DNA of 64,000 nt, taken from positions 64,001 through 128,000 of IMG/VR virus record IMGVR_UViG_3300032753_000003, one strand, 5' to 3'. Source of the DNA: a virus. The notes under the pieces are model-generated. The model saw only the letters and a list, made by a program, of their open reading frames with translations, searched no databases and was not told the origin of the DNA. Shown piece after piece: positions 46,647-55,749 of the stretch; the first letter of the stretch is position 1, and every line of letters starts with the position of its first letter. The translations under genes and the position numbers were made by a program.

Positions 46647-47792
46647 ATGTCAGATAAACCATTTTGTATATGGCCTTGGTTCCATCAAACTGTCAAAACT
46701 AACGGAAATGTTACACCGTGCGTGGTATGGAATGAAGATATTGATTCAGTTAACTATGAAAATTTTATCACCAGTCAGTTTATGCAATCTCTAAGAGATT
46801 CATTTAGACAGGGTATTCCGCATGAAAAATGCAAAAGATGTGTATATCTAGATAAATTTTCAGATTTAAGTGTTAGACGGTGGGGGTTTAATGTAGCCGA
46901 TTCTATTGGTATTGGCGAGTTTGAAGCATTAGATGCTACGTCAAATTTAATAGTACAAAGCCAAGATGTCAACTTGAGTAATGTATGCAATTTAAAGTGC
47001 AGAACTTGTAACCAAACCCGTAGTACTAAATGGATGTCTGATGCAGTAGCAATGGGAGAAAAACCAGTTGGTCTATTACGATCAAATTGGTCATTGACTA
47101 CAGAACAAGCAATTAAAATCAAACGACTTAGATTTCCGGGCGGTGAGCCGCTGTTGCACCAGGACATAATATGCAATGAATTAAATAAGATTAAAAAATT
47201 TGGTACTATATCCGAGTTTGTATTGCATTTAACAACTAATATGACAATACCATTCTCAAATGAACTTGTAGAATTAATGAAAGACACAAAGCAAACATTT
47301 ATAAGCTGTAGTGTAGATGGCGTTGGTAAGATAAACAATTATATAAGGTCAGACAGCAAATGGGAAACAATTGAAAGTAATATATTCGCGCTTGAAAAAA
47401 TATGTGTTGAAAACAACAACATAATTTTTGATATCAGTACGGTATACAGTGTATTCAATTCTAACTCGTTAGATGAATTGATAAATTGGACACATAGAAA
47501 TAATTTCAAGCACGGATTAATAATATTAGATCGCCCAACTATACATGATGCGAGAAATTTACCTGTTGATTACAAGAATCTTTTAATTGACAGATACAAA
47601 GATACATTAAAAAAATTCCCAAATCATATCCAATTAATTGAATCAGTTATAACACATCTCAGTAACTCCCCGATAATAGATATTAGCAGTTGGAAAGAAC
47701 AATTTAAGAAACATAATGACTTTTTAGATTATAGACGAAATTCTAAATTAGAAGATGTAAATTTAGAATTATCTTTTATTGTAAATAATTGA
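46647..47792 (+). CDS. twitch-domain radical SAM protein
   Basis: FCIWPW..G...PC, CNLKCRTC, PGGEP, SVDG. Confidence 0.88.
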   Translation: MSDKPFCIWPWFHQTVKTNGNVTPCVVWNEDIDSVNYENFITSQFMQSLRDSFRQGIPHEKCKRCVYLDKFSDLSVRRWGFNVADSIGIGEFEALDATSNLIVQSQDVNLSNVCNLKCRTCNQTRSTKWMSDAVAMGEKPVGLLRSNWSLTTEQAIKIKRLRFPGGEPLLHQDIICNELNKIKKFGTISEFVLHLTTNMTIPFSNELVELMKDTKQTFISCSVDGVGKINNYIRSDSKWETIESNIFALEKICVENNNIIFDISTVYSVFNSNSLDELINWTHRNNFKHGLIILDRPTIHDARNLPVDYKNLLIDRYKDTLKKFPNHIQLIESVITHLSNSPIIDISSWKEQFKKHNDFLDYRRNSKLEDVNLELSFIVNN

Positions 47793-47815
47793 CATAATAT
47801 AATAATATTTTATAT

Positions 47816-47918
47816 GCGGGTGTAGCTCAGCGGTAGAGCGCAACCTTGCCTAAGCACATTCTGAGCAGTGTGCTTAACAAGGTTGATGTCGAGAGTTCGA
47901 TCCTCTTCGCCCGCTCCA
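47816..47918 (+). tRNA. tRNA-Gly(GCC) interrupted by a 28 nt hairpin (47851-47878)
   Basis: Removing the insert restores caacc-TTGCCAA-ggttg; canonical acceptor, D, T and TCCA. Confidence 0.85.
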
Positions 47919-47936
47919 TTCTTTAGTAAATAGTTG

Positions 47937-48530
47937 ATGAAAATAAACGAACTAGAACGCAACACCCTAAGCAAGACTGGCTTGCATCTTCCGCGCAAGC
48001 GTTCTCAATTTCCTAAAGAACTGCCATTCAAAATAGAAGGTTTTGAATTGCGTTATATTAAGAACAATTGGGGAGAAACTACAGTATCTGCCTGGGATGG
48101 CGATACAGAAGTTATGGAGATAACACTAGAACCAATTGCCTATCAAAGCATACGATGCCATAGTATTATAAAAGCTGTGGTAAATCCGCAATACCAAGGC
48201 AAAGGGTTGGGCCTATCTCTATACAAGGGTTTGATAATAAATTTGGATATGCCTATCATCAGCAACGACAGTCACAGTCCCGGTGCTAGAAAGATGTGGG
48301 TCAGGTTAAATCAAGATCCAGCCGTAGATGTATATGGATTTGATTTAAGTTCAAACCGAGTGTTTGCCGTTGGTCCAGATGAATCGGGCACAGAATTATC
48401 TGCATCATCAAAGGACGTTGAACTATACGGACAGCCAAGCACTGGCGTAATAGCTACACGTAAAAACGGACAAGCAGATACCATTATGAAATCCCTACTT
48501 AGACAAAGCCAAATAAAACATAGCGGTTGA
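47937..48530 (+). CDS. GNAT-like protein with MKINEL N-terminus
   Basis: VNPQYQGKGLGLSLY acetyl-CoA-binding-type motif; HSPGARKMW. Confidence 0.7.
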   Translation: MKINELERNTLSKTGLHLPRKRSQFPKELPFKIEGFELRYIKNNWGETTVSAWDGDTEVMEITLEPIAYQSIRCHSIIKAVVNPQYQGKGLGLSLYKGLIINLDMPIISNDSHSPGARKMWVRLNQDPAVDVYGFDLSSNRVFAVGPDESGTELSASSKDVELYGQPSTGVIATRKNGQADTIMKSLLRQSQIKHSG

Positions 48531-48578
48531 CAAACTAGATATACATGTTATAGTATTCCCATCCTCAGGAGAATCAAC

Positions 48579-48887
48579 ATGGATGTAAATTTCATTTGGA
48601 TTGGATATTGCAACCGAGACAATCACGACAAAGTTTGGGGCATCCTTTGCATGAACAACTTTAGTGGAGGTGTTCCTCATGGAACTCCTGTACATATTTT
48701 TTGGGGAGGCAGAGGCAAATCACTATCGTTTAAATCTGACAAAATGAATTTCCCTCTACATAAGTTAATTGACACAAAGGAGGGCAAGGGTTATAGGAGG
48801 ATCAGCGCTACGGATCTACGTAGCATGTGTACTGATTTTGACGATACTCTAAAACAGCGATTGACCCTACATATATTGAGTCAATAA
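48579..48887 (+). CDS. WGR-domain-like protein
   Basis: DKVWG, FWGGRG, K..KGY motifs. Confidence 0.55.
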   Translation: MDVNFIWIGYCNRDNHDKVWGILCMNNFSGGVPHGTPVHIFWGGRGKSLSFKSDKMNFPLHKLIDTKEGKGYRRISATDLRSMCTDFDDTLKQRLTLHILSQ

Positions 48888-48962
48888 TTTGTTATAAATC
48901 TTGCATCTATTTGTTTTGTATAATACAATAGATCATAAGGGTTAGACATTAGAGAGAGAAAA

Positions 48963-49511
48963 ATGGCAGAGCAAAAAGATCAACTGGACGAAAATAACAT
49001 CTACCTCTTCATGGAGGATTTCACTAACAAGACTGTGAAGCCGGTGATCGATTGGATACTGCAAAAGAATCTCGCACCAACCAAGAGCCGGCCAAAGCAT
49101 CTAACTCTTATGATCAATAGTCCCGGCGGCGAAGTACATTCTGCGTTTGCCTTGATTGATATCATGAAGGGTAGCACTATTCCTGTCCGTACTGTAGGAC
49201 TTGGTATGATCGCTAGCTGTGGACTATTGACATTTATGAGTGGTGAGAAGGGTCACCGGGTAATTACTCCAAATACCAGTATATTGAGCCATCAGTATAG
49301 TTGGGGATCGTATGGCAAGGAGCACGAGCTATTTGCTAGGGTCAAGGAGTTTGAGCTAAGCACTGAACGCATGTTAGAACATTACAAGAAGTGTACTGGT
49401 CTAAATGAAAAAGATGTGCGCAAGTATCTACTACCTGAAAAGGATGTTTGGTTGAGTGCCGAAGAAGCAGTCAAGCATGGTATTGCAGATGAGATCAAAG
49501 AGACGTATTAA
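48963..49511 (+). CDS. clpP: ClpP-like protease subunit
   Basis: INSPGG, GLGMIASCG, ILSHQ, WLSAEEA..GIAD. Confidence 0.9.
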   Translation: MAEQKDQLDENNIYLFMEDFTNKTVKPVIDWILQKNLAPTKSRPKHLTLMINSPGGEVHSAFALIDIMKGSTIPVRTVGLGMIASCGLLTFMSGEKGHRVITPNTSILSHQYSWGSYGKEHELFARVKEFELSTERMLEHYKKCTGLNEKDVRKYLLPEKDVWLSAEEAVKHGIADEIKETY

Positions 49512-49555
49512 GTGATACTTATTTCTACTAAAAACTAAATTGGTAAATTTATAAT

Positions 49556-50229
49556 ATGAAGCCAGTTATAATCTATAGTATGCAAAGGACTCGTAGTAGT
49601 GCAGTGCTTTATTCTTGTATACGAACACAACGTTTATACGAGCCCTTTGGCATAGATACAATTTTTGACGGACATTGGCGAGCACATTCGTTGTTTCCAA
49701 CATTTAACAAATACGTTTCAGATTTAGATTGGACATCATTAATAGAAAAAATGAATGATCCTAATTCAGTAACTAAAATTTTTGGATACCATATATGGAA
49801 ATCTAAAAATGGCAGAAAATGGTTTGAAAGTGCTATTAAAGACAATACACATGATATATTTGTATTAGAAAGAGATTGGATGGAAATAGGATTGTCTAGC
49901 TGTTTGGCTAGGATCACAGGATATGATATTGATCATGAGAAAAAAGATTTCCAATTTCAGTAGACGACGAAACATTTAATAATTTAACTATGCAACTAGA
50001 TTCTTTCATAAGATTTTATCCATCTAGAGGTCAATTAATCACATATGAGAATCTACCAAATAGTCACTTTAATAAAGAATTAAATCATATAATAAATCAG
50101 ACGTCTAATCTTAAGTTGCAACTTATTCAAAATCTTGAATGGACTAAAAAGGTTATAGAAGATATATATGATTTCTATAAAGACGAATGGGATGCAAAAA
50201 GAAATGCGTTGCTAACTTCGAACAGTTGA
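49556..50229 (+). pseudogene. sulfotransferase-like protein split by frameshift near 49955-49960
   Basis: SMQRTRSS P-loop-like start; ..KKDFQF joins SVDDETFNNLTMQLD.. if one T is added. Confidence 0.55.
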
Positions 50230-50253
50230 CAACATCTTAAAAGATGTTATTAT
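50225..50253 (+). promoter_or_regulatory. early promoter variant driving tRNA-Gly/Val/Leu
   Basis: gttgacaacatcttaaaagatgttattat. Confidence 0.75.
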
Positions 50254-50276
50254 ATTTGAAGTAAATACAGTCACAA

Positions 50277-50350
50277 GCGGGTGTAGCTCAATGGTAGAGC
50301 CACTGCCTTCCAAGCAGAAGACGAGGGTTCGATTCCCTTCACCCGCTCCA
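50277..50350 (+). tRNA. tRNA-Gly(UCC)
   Basis: ctgc-CTTCCAA-gcag; TCCA. Confidence 0.93.
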
Positions 50351-50360
50351 ATTATACAAA

Positions 50361-50436
50361 GGGTCCTTAGCTCAGTGGTAGTAGCGCTATCTTTACACGG
50401 TAGATGTCGTAGGTTCGACCCCTACAGGACCCACCA
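50361..50436 (+). tRNA. tRNA-Val(UAC)
   Basis: ctatc-TTTACAC-ggtag; ACCA. Confidence 0.92.
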
Positions 50437-50442
50437 TAAATT

Positions 50443-50526
50443 GCACTAGTGGCGGAATGGTAGACGTGATGGTCTTAGGAACCATTGCTGAAAGGCGTGG
50501 GGGTTCGAGTCCCTCCTGGTGCACCA
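50443..50526 (+). tRNA. tRNA-Leu(UAG)
   Basis: atggt-CTTAGGA-accat; ACCA. Confidence 0.92.
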
Positions 50527-50550
50527 ACCAATATAACAGAGGATGAAAGC

Positions 50551-50898
50551 ATGTATTATCGAGTGAACATTAACCTACCATCTACTCGTAAACAAAACAG
50601 CAAGCTGGTAAATTACATCGAGCCTCTTCGAGCCAAAGGTCTAGTTGAAGTTGGCAAGACCTACAAGCTTAATCTAAATAATCACTCGCTCTATCAAGAA
50701 CCCACTTGGGCTGGTGCCAATTACGATAATCCATTCTGGTTCACAGATAGAACTCTAGCAGAGAAGTTCATTGAAGATTGGGACGAACTAGCTGTCAAGC
50801 GAGAAGTGTATAGCAAGTTGGCATACAATCGAATGGCGAAGTTCTTTACAGAAATTAGCCAAGTAGAAGAAGTCAAAGAGTTCAAAGATTTTATCTAA
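50551..50898 (+). CDS. hypothetical protein
   Basis: GAGG RBS, ATG at 50551. Confidence 0.65.
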   Translation: MYYRVNINLPSTRKQNSKLVNYIEPLRAKGLVEVGKTYKLNLNNHSLYQEPTWAGANYDNPFWFTDRTLAEKFIEDWDELAVKREVYSKLAYNRMAKFFTEISQVEEVKEFKDFI

Positions 50899-51341
50899 TA
50901 TTAGATTGCGCTGCTGTTAGCAGAGTGAACAAGGTACCAATTCGTGGCTAGATCGAGCTCGACGCTTCGAGTCAAATTGGACAATACCAAGTAGCTTCAG
51001 AGTAACGATCTGACAGCGCAAGCTATCTTTTATCTTTTACACCAAACATCTAGTGATGTGCTATTAACCCATGGTATCTGTTTGTGTTTGAGATAGGCAT
51101 ATTGCCATTCATGCAGCTACGAATACGTCTGCAGAATAAGGTACAACTAAGTTGTTGAAAATACTTTGCCAAACTGTCTCAAACGACCAAAAATGTCCAG
51201 ATAGGCAAACTGCTACTTTCACATTAACTATCCTTTGTGATTATAACTTTATAATAGTGTAATATATCAGTCTCTGTATACCAAATTGGCATTAGATTTT
51301 CTTCAAACTAAATATTATTGGTATTTGAAGGAGAGACTGTC

Positions 51342-52151
51342 GTGACCAAAAGATCTTACGGATGGAAACAATCTAAACCTGATCCACGTGATCACAAACT
51401 TAAAACTATAAATCCTGCAGTATATAATAGTTTACCTGCCTCCGTTGATTTGAGGCAATATGTACCAGAAGTTTTAGATCAAGGCGATTTGCAATCATGT
51501 ACAGCTAACAGTATCAGTATGGCAATAAGAGTTGCTAGAGCAATACAAAAATTACCCGATTTGCAACCATCAAGATTGTTCATCTATTACAATGAACGAC
51601 TATTAGAAGGCACAGTTGATCAAGACGCAGGTGCCGAACTTAGAGATGGTGCAAAGGTAGTAGCTACATACGGTGCACCTGCTGAATCAGTTTGGGCATA
51701 TGTAGATAACAACTTATATGTTGAACCAAGCAAAGAGGCCTATGAATCTGCGGTACAGGATGAAGTCAACAAATATCTAGCTGTAGACCAAACCCTAAAT
51801 GAACTCAAGTTGTGTTTGCACGAAGGTTTTCCATTTGTGTTTGGTGCTATGCTGTATTCTGCATTTGAATCAGACGATGTAGCAAAAACTGGTATTGTAC
51901 CGATGCCAGATCCCAATGATCAGCTGATTGGCGGTCATGCATTATGCTGCGTTGGTTATGATGATAGCCGCAAGGTATTCATAGTTCTTAACAGTTGGAG
52001 CGACACTTGGGGTGATCACGGATATTGTTATTTCCCATATGATTATATGACCAATCCAAATCTGTGTTTAGACTTCTGGACTATTAGGAATATTGCTCCC
52101 ACTGATCCTAATAGACAATGGGTTATTCCAAATGTTAATGCACAAGCATAG
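51342..52151 (+). CDS. papain-like C1 cysteine peptidase
   Basis: DQG..SCTAN, GHA...VGYDD, NSW...WG..GY. Confidence 0.9.
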   Translation: MTKRSYGWKQSKPDPRDHKLKTINPAVYNSLPASVDLRQYVPEVLDQGDLQSCTANSISMAIRVARAIQKLPDLQPSRLFIYYNERLLEGTVDQDAGAELRDGAKVVATYGAPAESVWAYVDNNLYVEPSKEAYESAVQDEVNKYLAVDQTLNELKLCLHEGFPFVFGAMLYSAFESDDVAKTGIVPMPDPNDQLIGGHALCCVGYDDSRKVFIVLNSWSDTWGDHGYCYFPYDYMTNPNLCLDFWTIRNIAPTDPNRQWVIPNVNAQA

Positions 52152-52187
52152 TTGATATATTATAGATAATGTGTTAATATAAATTGT

Positions 52188-52262
52188 GGAACGGTGGCAG
52201 AGTAGTTATGCAACAGCCTGCAAAGCTGTATTAGGTAGGTTCAATTCCTACCCGTTCCTCCA
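52188..52262 (+). tRNA. tRNA-Cys(GCA)
   Basis: acagc-CTGCAAA-gctgt; TCCA. Confidence 0.92.
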
Positions 52263-52279
52263 ATTCCTACCCGTTCCTC
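52242..52279 (+). repeat. tandem 19 nt duplication of tRNA-Cys 3' end
   Basis: caattcctacccgttcctc twice in tandem. Confidence 0.9.
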
Positions 52280-52295
52280 CAATTTGGTTAACATA

Positions 52296-52502
52296 ATGCA
52301 AGACGATGGTTTCAAAGTATTAATTTGTGACCCAATTGATATAGTAAACATTTACGAATGGTTTCTAGATCAAGGTATATCTGTAAAAGATATTAGCCTT
52401 GTTGACGTAAGTGATGTTAGCGCATTTGATACCATACTGGAAGTGGTATTTGATAACAAAGAAGATGCTATGTTTTTTAATATCACATGGGGCGGTAAAT
52501 GA
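52296..52502 (+). CDS. small hypothetical protein
   Basis: F...ED..FF...W C-terminal motif. Confidence 0.65.
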   Translation: MQDDGFKVLICDPIDIVNIYEWFLDQGISVKDISLVDVSDVSAFDTILEVVFDNKEDAMFFNITWGGK

Positions 52503-52720
52503 AGGTAGATAAGTTTCTCAAATGGTTTGCTACTTTTACACTGATTGTTGGTGCTATCCTCACCAGCATGGACATCCGTCCTTGGAACATATGGGCGTTT
52601 AATACAGCCAATTTGTCTTGGTTAATAGTTGGTATTATCTGGAAGGAGTGGAGCCTGGTGGTTATGAACGGTGTGTTGATAGCTATCTATGCCTACGGAT
52701 TATTGTTTACTTTTGGATAA
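52499..52720 (+). CDS. small membrane protein (PnuC-like/unknown)
   Basis: Three hydrophobic helices, KW.AT, W..VGI.WKEWSL..N. Confidence 0.55.
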   Translation: MKVDKFLKWFATFTLIVGAILTSMDIRPWNIWAFNTANLSWLIVGIIWKEWSLVVMNGVLIAIYAYGLLFTFG

Positions 52721-52770
52721 TGACTATTGAGTTTTTGCTATTTAGACGCTATAGTTAAGATTATAAATGA

Positions 52771-52846
52771 TGCGGATTAGAGAAGTGGTCATCTCGCTTG
52801 GTTCATACCCAGGAAATCGAAAGTTCGAATCTTTCATCCGCAACCA
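52771..52846 (+). tRNA. tRNA-CAU (possibly initiator)
   Basis: cttgg-TTCATAC-ccagg; ACCA. Confidence 0.85.
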
Positions 52847-52858
52847 CCTCTCATAGAG

Positions 52859-53065
52859 ATGCCAATGACCATAGACGAATTTGCTAAAAATCTAGCGCTT
52901 GACCTGCGCAACAAATCTTTAGAAATATCCAAGAAGGTACAGAACGGAAAGTCTGACGGGTTCCATGCGTTAGTGGATGCTACTATTGCGTCCACTCTCA
53001 TGCATGTAGCAGATTCAGTCTTAGAGGCGTCAATTGAAAAGATCAGTAATCATACAATACGTTGA
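52859..53065 (+). CDS. hypothetical protein
   Basis: 68 aa ORF. Confidence 0.5.
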   Translation: MPMTIDEFAKNLALDLRNKSLEISKKVQNGKSDGFHALVDATIASTLMHVADSVLEASIEKISNHTIR

Positions 53066-53124
53066 TATCTATTTTTAACACCTGGTAAATAATATGCTAT
53101 CTAATTAGCAAGTACCGGGGGTAA

Positions 53125-53364
53125 TTGGCTGTGAAAGATCTAGAATCAAGATTCATCAGCGAATTTGAATTGATATATAGACATCGACGCAATTGGAATA
53201 GAACTATCAAAAGCTCGATTAGGATAATAACTAGCAGTGTTGTGGCTATCTATATCTTGGTCAAATGGTTAAATTCTACAGCCCCGCAAACTGATCTTAT
53301 GGTTTATATCTTAGCTATAGGTTACGGATTAGCAGAATTTATAGGTGTTGTTGAAAATTGGTAG
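53125..53364 (+). CDS. small membrane protein
   Basis: Two TM segments. Confidence 0.5.
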   Translation: MAVKDLESRFISEFELIYRHRRNWNRTIKSSIRIITSSVVAIYILVKWLNSTAPQTDLMVYILAIGYGLAEFIGVVENW

Positions 53365-53403
53365 GTATTTAACTTTAGCAATTTATCTAAATAAACACAG
53401 CAT

Positions 53404-53479
53404 GCATCTGTAGCTCAATGGACAGAGCATTGCCCTCCGAAGGCAAGGGTCAAAGGTTCAAATCCTTTCGGGTGCTCCA
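53404..53479 (+). tRNA. tRNA-Arg(CCG)
   Basis: ttgcc-CTCCGAA-ggcaa; CCA. Confidence 0.92.
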
Positions 53480-53555
53480 TTAATATACTTAAAATTACTA
53501 TCTTCTAATATTACAGATTCAATTAAATAAAGCTGTTGATCAACTAAGGATATGC

Positions 53556-54605
53556 ATGTCAAGGATATTGTTAATACTCAAGAGACGAGAAGATTTTAAT
53601 AGCACTATAAATAACAAGATAGGGTTGAGCACCGGTCTATACAATTCAGCAAACTTTGTCAATGAAATGTTAATACAACAGGGAATTGAATCTAAGCTGG
53701 TAGTTGTTATAGACAATAACGACATCGATAGAGAAGTCGCTGCCTATCGACCAACACACGTTGTAATAGAAGCGTTATGGGTAGTACCTAGCAAGTTTGC
53801 AATACTACAGAAGTTGCACCCAAATGTAACATGGATCATAAGGTTACACTCTGAAATGCCTTTCATGGCCGGGGAAGGTGTAGCTATGGATTGGCTAGGC
53901 GATTACAGCAGTTTCAAAAACATCATTATTGCGTGCAATGCACCACGCATGTTAAGAGAAGTTAAGACCTATTTAAGAATAAGAAACTCTTGGTCTAGCG
54001 AAACAGCAGATTCAAAGATCATTTATCTTCCCAATCACTATCCACAGAATTACAAGACTAAATCAATAGATAAAAACAAAGATTACGTTGACATCAGTTG
54101 CTTTGGTGCAATTAGACCGTTGAAAAATCATTTGTTACAAGCCATAGCAGCAGTTGAGTTTGCAGATAGTATAGGCAAGAAGTTGAGATTTCATGTCAAC
54201 GCAGGTCGCATTGAGATGAAGGGCGAACCAATGATCAACAACCTAAAAGGTCTATTCATGCAATTGGCTGAACGAGGTCATTCATTAGTTAATAATCAAT
54301 GGATGCCGCACGAAGAATTTATAACATTGTGTGAAACAATGGATATTGGCATGCAGGTTAGCTTCTCCGAGACGTTTAATATAGTTGGTGCCAACCTTAT
54401 CAGTCAAGGTGTACCTGTGGTAGGCAGCAAGGAAATACCTTGGATGCCAGCTGATAACTGTGCCGATCCCACTGACAGTGCAGATATGATAAGTAAGCTT
54501 CTTGCTACATGGAATGATCCATTAGCTAATGTAACATCTAATCAGGCAGCACTAACGACATATACAAATAATACACAAACGATGTGGAATAACTATTTCA
54601 AATAA
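53556..54605 (+). CDS. GT-B (GT4-like) glycosyltransferase
   Basis: FGAIRPLKN, S.SETFNIVGA..GVPVV motifs. Confidence 0.75.
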   Translation: MSRILLILKRREDFNSTINNKIGLSTGLYNSANFVNEMLIQQGIESKLVVVIDNNDIDREVAAYRPTHVVIEALWVVPSKFAILQKLHPNVTWIIRLHSEMPFMAGEGVAMDWLGDYSSFKNIIIACNAPRMLREVKTYLRIRNSWSSETADSKIIYLPNHYPQNYKTKSIDKNKDYVDISCFGAIRPLKNHLLQAIAAVEFADSIGKKLRFHVNAGRIEMKGEPMINNLKGLFMQLAERGHSLVNNQWMPHEEFITLCETMDIGMQVSFSETFNIVGANLISQGVPVVGSKEIPWMPADNCADPTDSADMISKLLATWNDPLANVTSNQAALTTYTNNTQTMWNNYFK

Positions 54606-54617
54606 AGGAGAAACAAC

Positions 54618-54821
54618 ATGAGCAAGAGACACGGATGGCATAAGGTTAAGGTACATCGTTGGAAGGACGGATTACTTAACGTAGAAGAAATATTTTTCGA
54701 TACCTATGAGCACGCAGTTGAGTGGTGCAAGACTATTGTAGCTGATAGCATTAAAATATTTGATAGTCTCGATGTATTGGTATATAGTGGAAATTGCACT
54801 GATATTGATTTTTATGCCTAA
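54618..54821 (+). CDS. hypothetical protein
   Basis: AAGGAG RBS. Confidence 0.7.
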   Translation: MSKRHGWHKVKVHRWKDGLLNVEEIFFDTYEHAVEWCKTIVADSIKIFDSLDVLVYSGNCTDIDFYA

Positions 54822-54881
54822 TTTTTTAAAAATATCGTTTTAATGGTTGACCTAATTTACTAAAGGTCTTATATTAACAAT

Positions 54882-55700
54882 ATAGACGCTGAGGACAACG
54901 CAAGTTGAACTTGGTGCAGAAATTGGTTGCATGAACCAATAAGCTGGGTGACCAGTAAATTGCGGTGAAGCCTACATAACCGCGCCGTAACTTGTTACGG
55001 AAATCATGCAAGCTTGGGTTAGACTTGACTCGGTAATACCGAAAGCAAGTCCCGTCAGTAGAATGGCGGTATGCGGTAAGTTACCGCAATGGGTCCGAAA
55101 GGATAGTGTCAGAGCCAATCGGTGAGACACAATGTGGTTGGCGCCACAGCCTATTGCACGCCAGGGTAACGAGCGCAGAAGACCAACAGGTGGATGTGAG
55201 TCTGACTGTTCGCGCAGAAAGGCAAAGCATCAGTTCAAAAGTCAAAGGGATAACCGGAGACTTGAAGAACAGCTAAGTAGCCCGCAAGGTGAAAAGTATG
55301 CGGCGTGGTGTATTGGGTATGCCAAAAGCATATTCAGCAACTGAGGTAGCACGTCGTTGTTAGGTTGATAAAAAGCAAAGACTACCTCGGTTACATAGGT
55401 AAGGTATCAAATACTTGACTCGCAAGAGAATCAAGTCTAATAGACCTCGCAAGGGAATATTAGTTAGTCATGGATGTTTCATAGACGGTTAGCGCTGTCG
55501 AACTGCTCGCAAGGTAGGTGGGAAGAAAGTGGCTGAGAACTATGTAATGACACCGCGGAACGTGAGCGGTATATAAGAACGTGATACTAGTGAATACAAA
55601 TGTACCGCAAGGACATTTGTGGTCAAGAAATTAACAGATCCCGCAAGGATGCTGGTACGGTTTCTAAGGTCACTGTATAAAGCTGTAGGCTCAAGCTTTT
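54882..55700 (+). ncRNA. GOLLD-like giant structured RNA (~820 nt)
   Basis: Own promoter (TTGACC..TATATT) and terminator; many GCAA/GAAA/GTAA-capped hairpins; no credible ORF; near tRNA array; GTGGTGTATT..CCAAAAG..GCAACTGAGG..GCAC segment recalled as GOLLD-like. Confidence 0.7.
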
Positions 55701-55701
55701 C

Positions 55702-55730
55702 AAAACACCAAACATAATGTTTGGTGTTTT
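55702..55730 (+). terminator. 13 bp hairpin terminator after the giant RNA
   Basis: aaaacaccaaaca-taa-tgtttggtgtttt. Confidence 0.85.
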
Positions 55731-55749
55731 CTATTAAAGAATAGGCATC

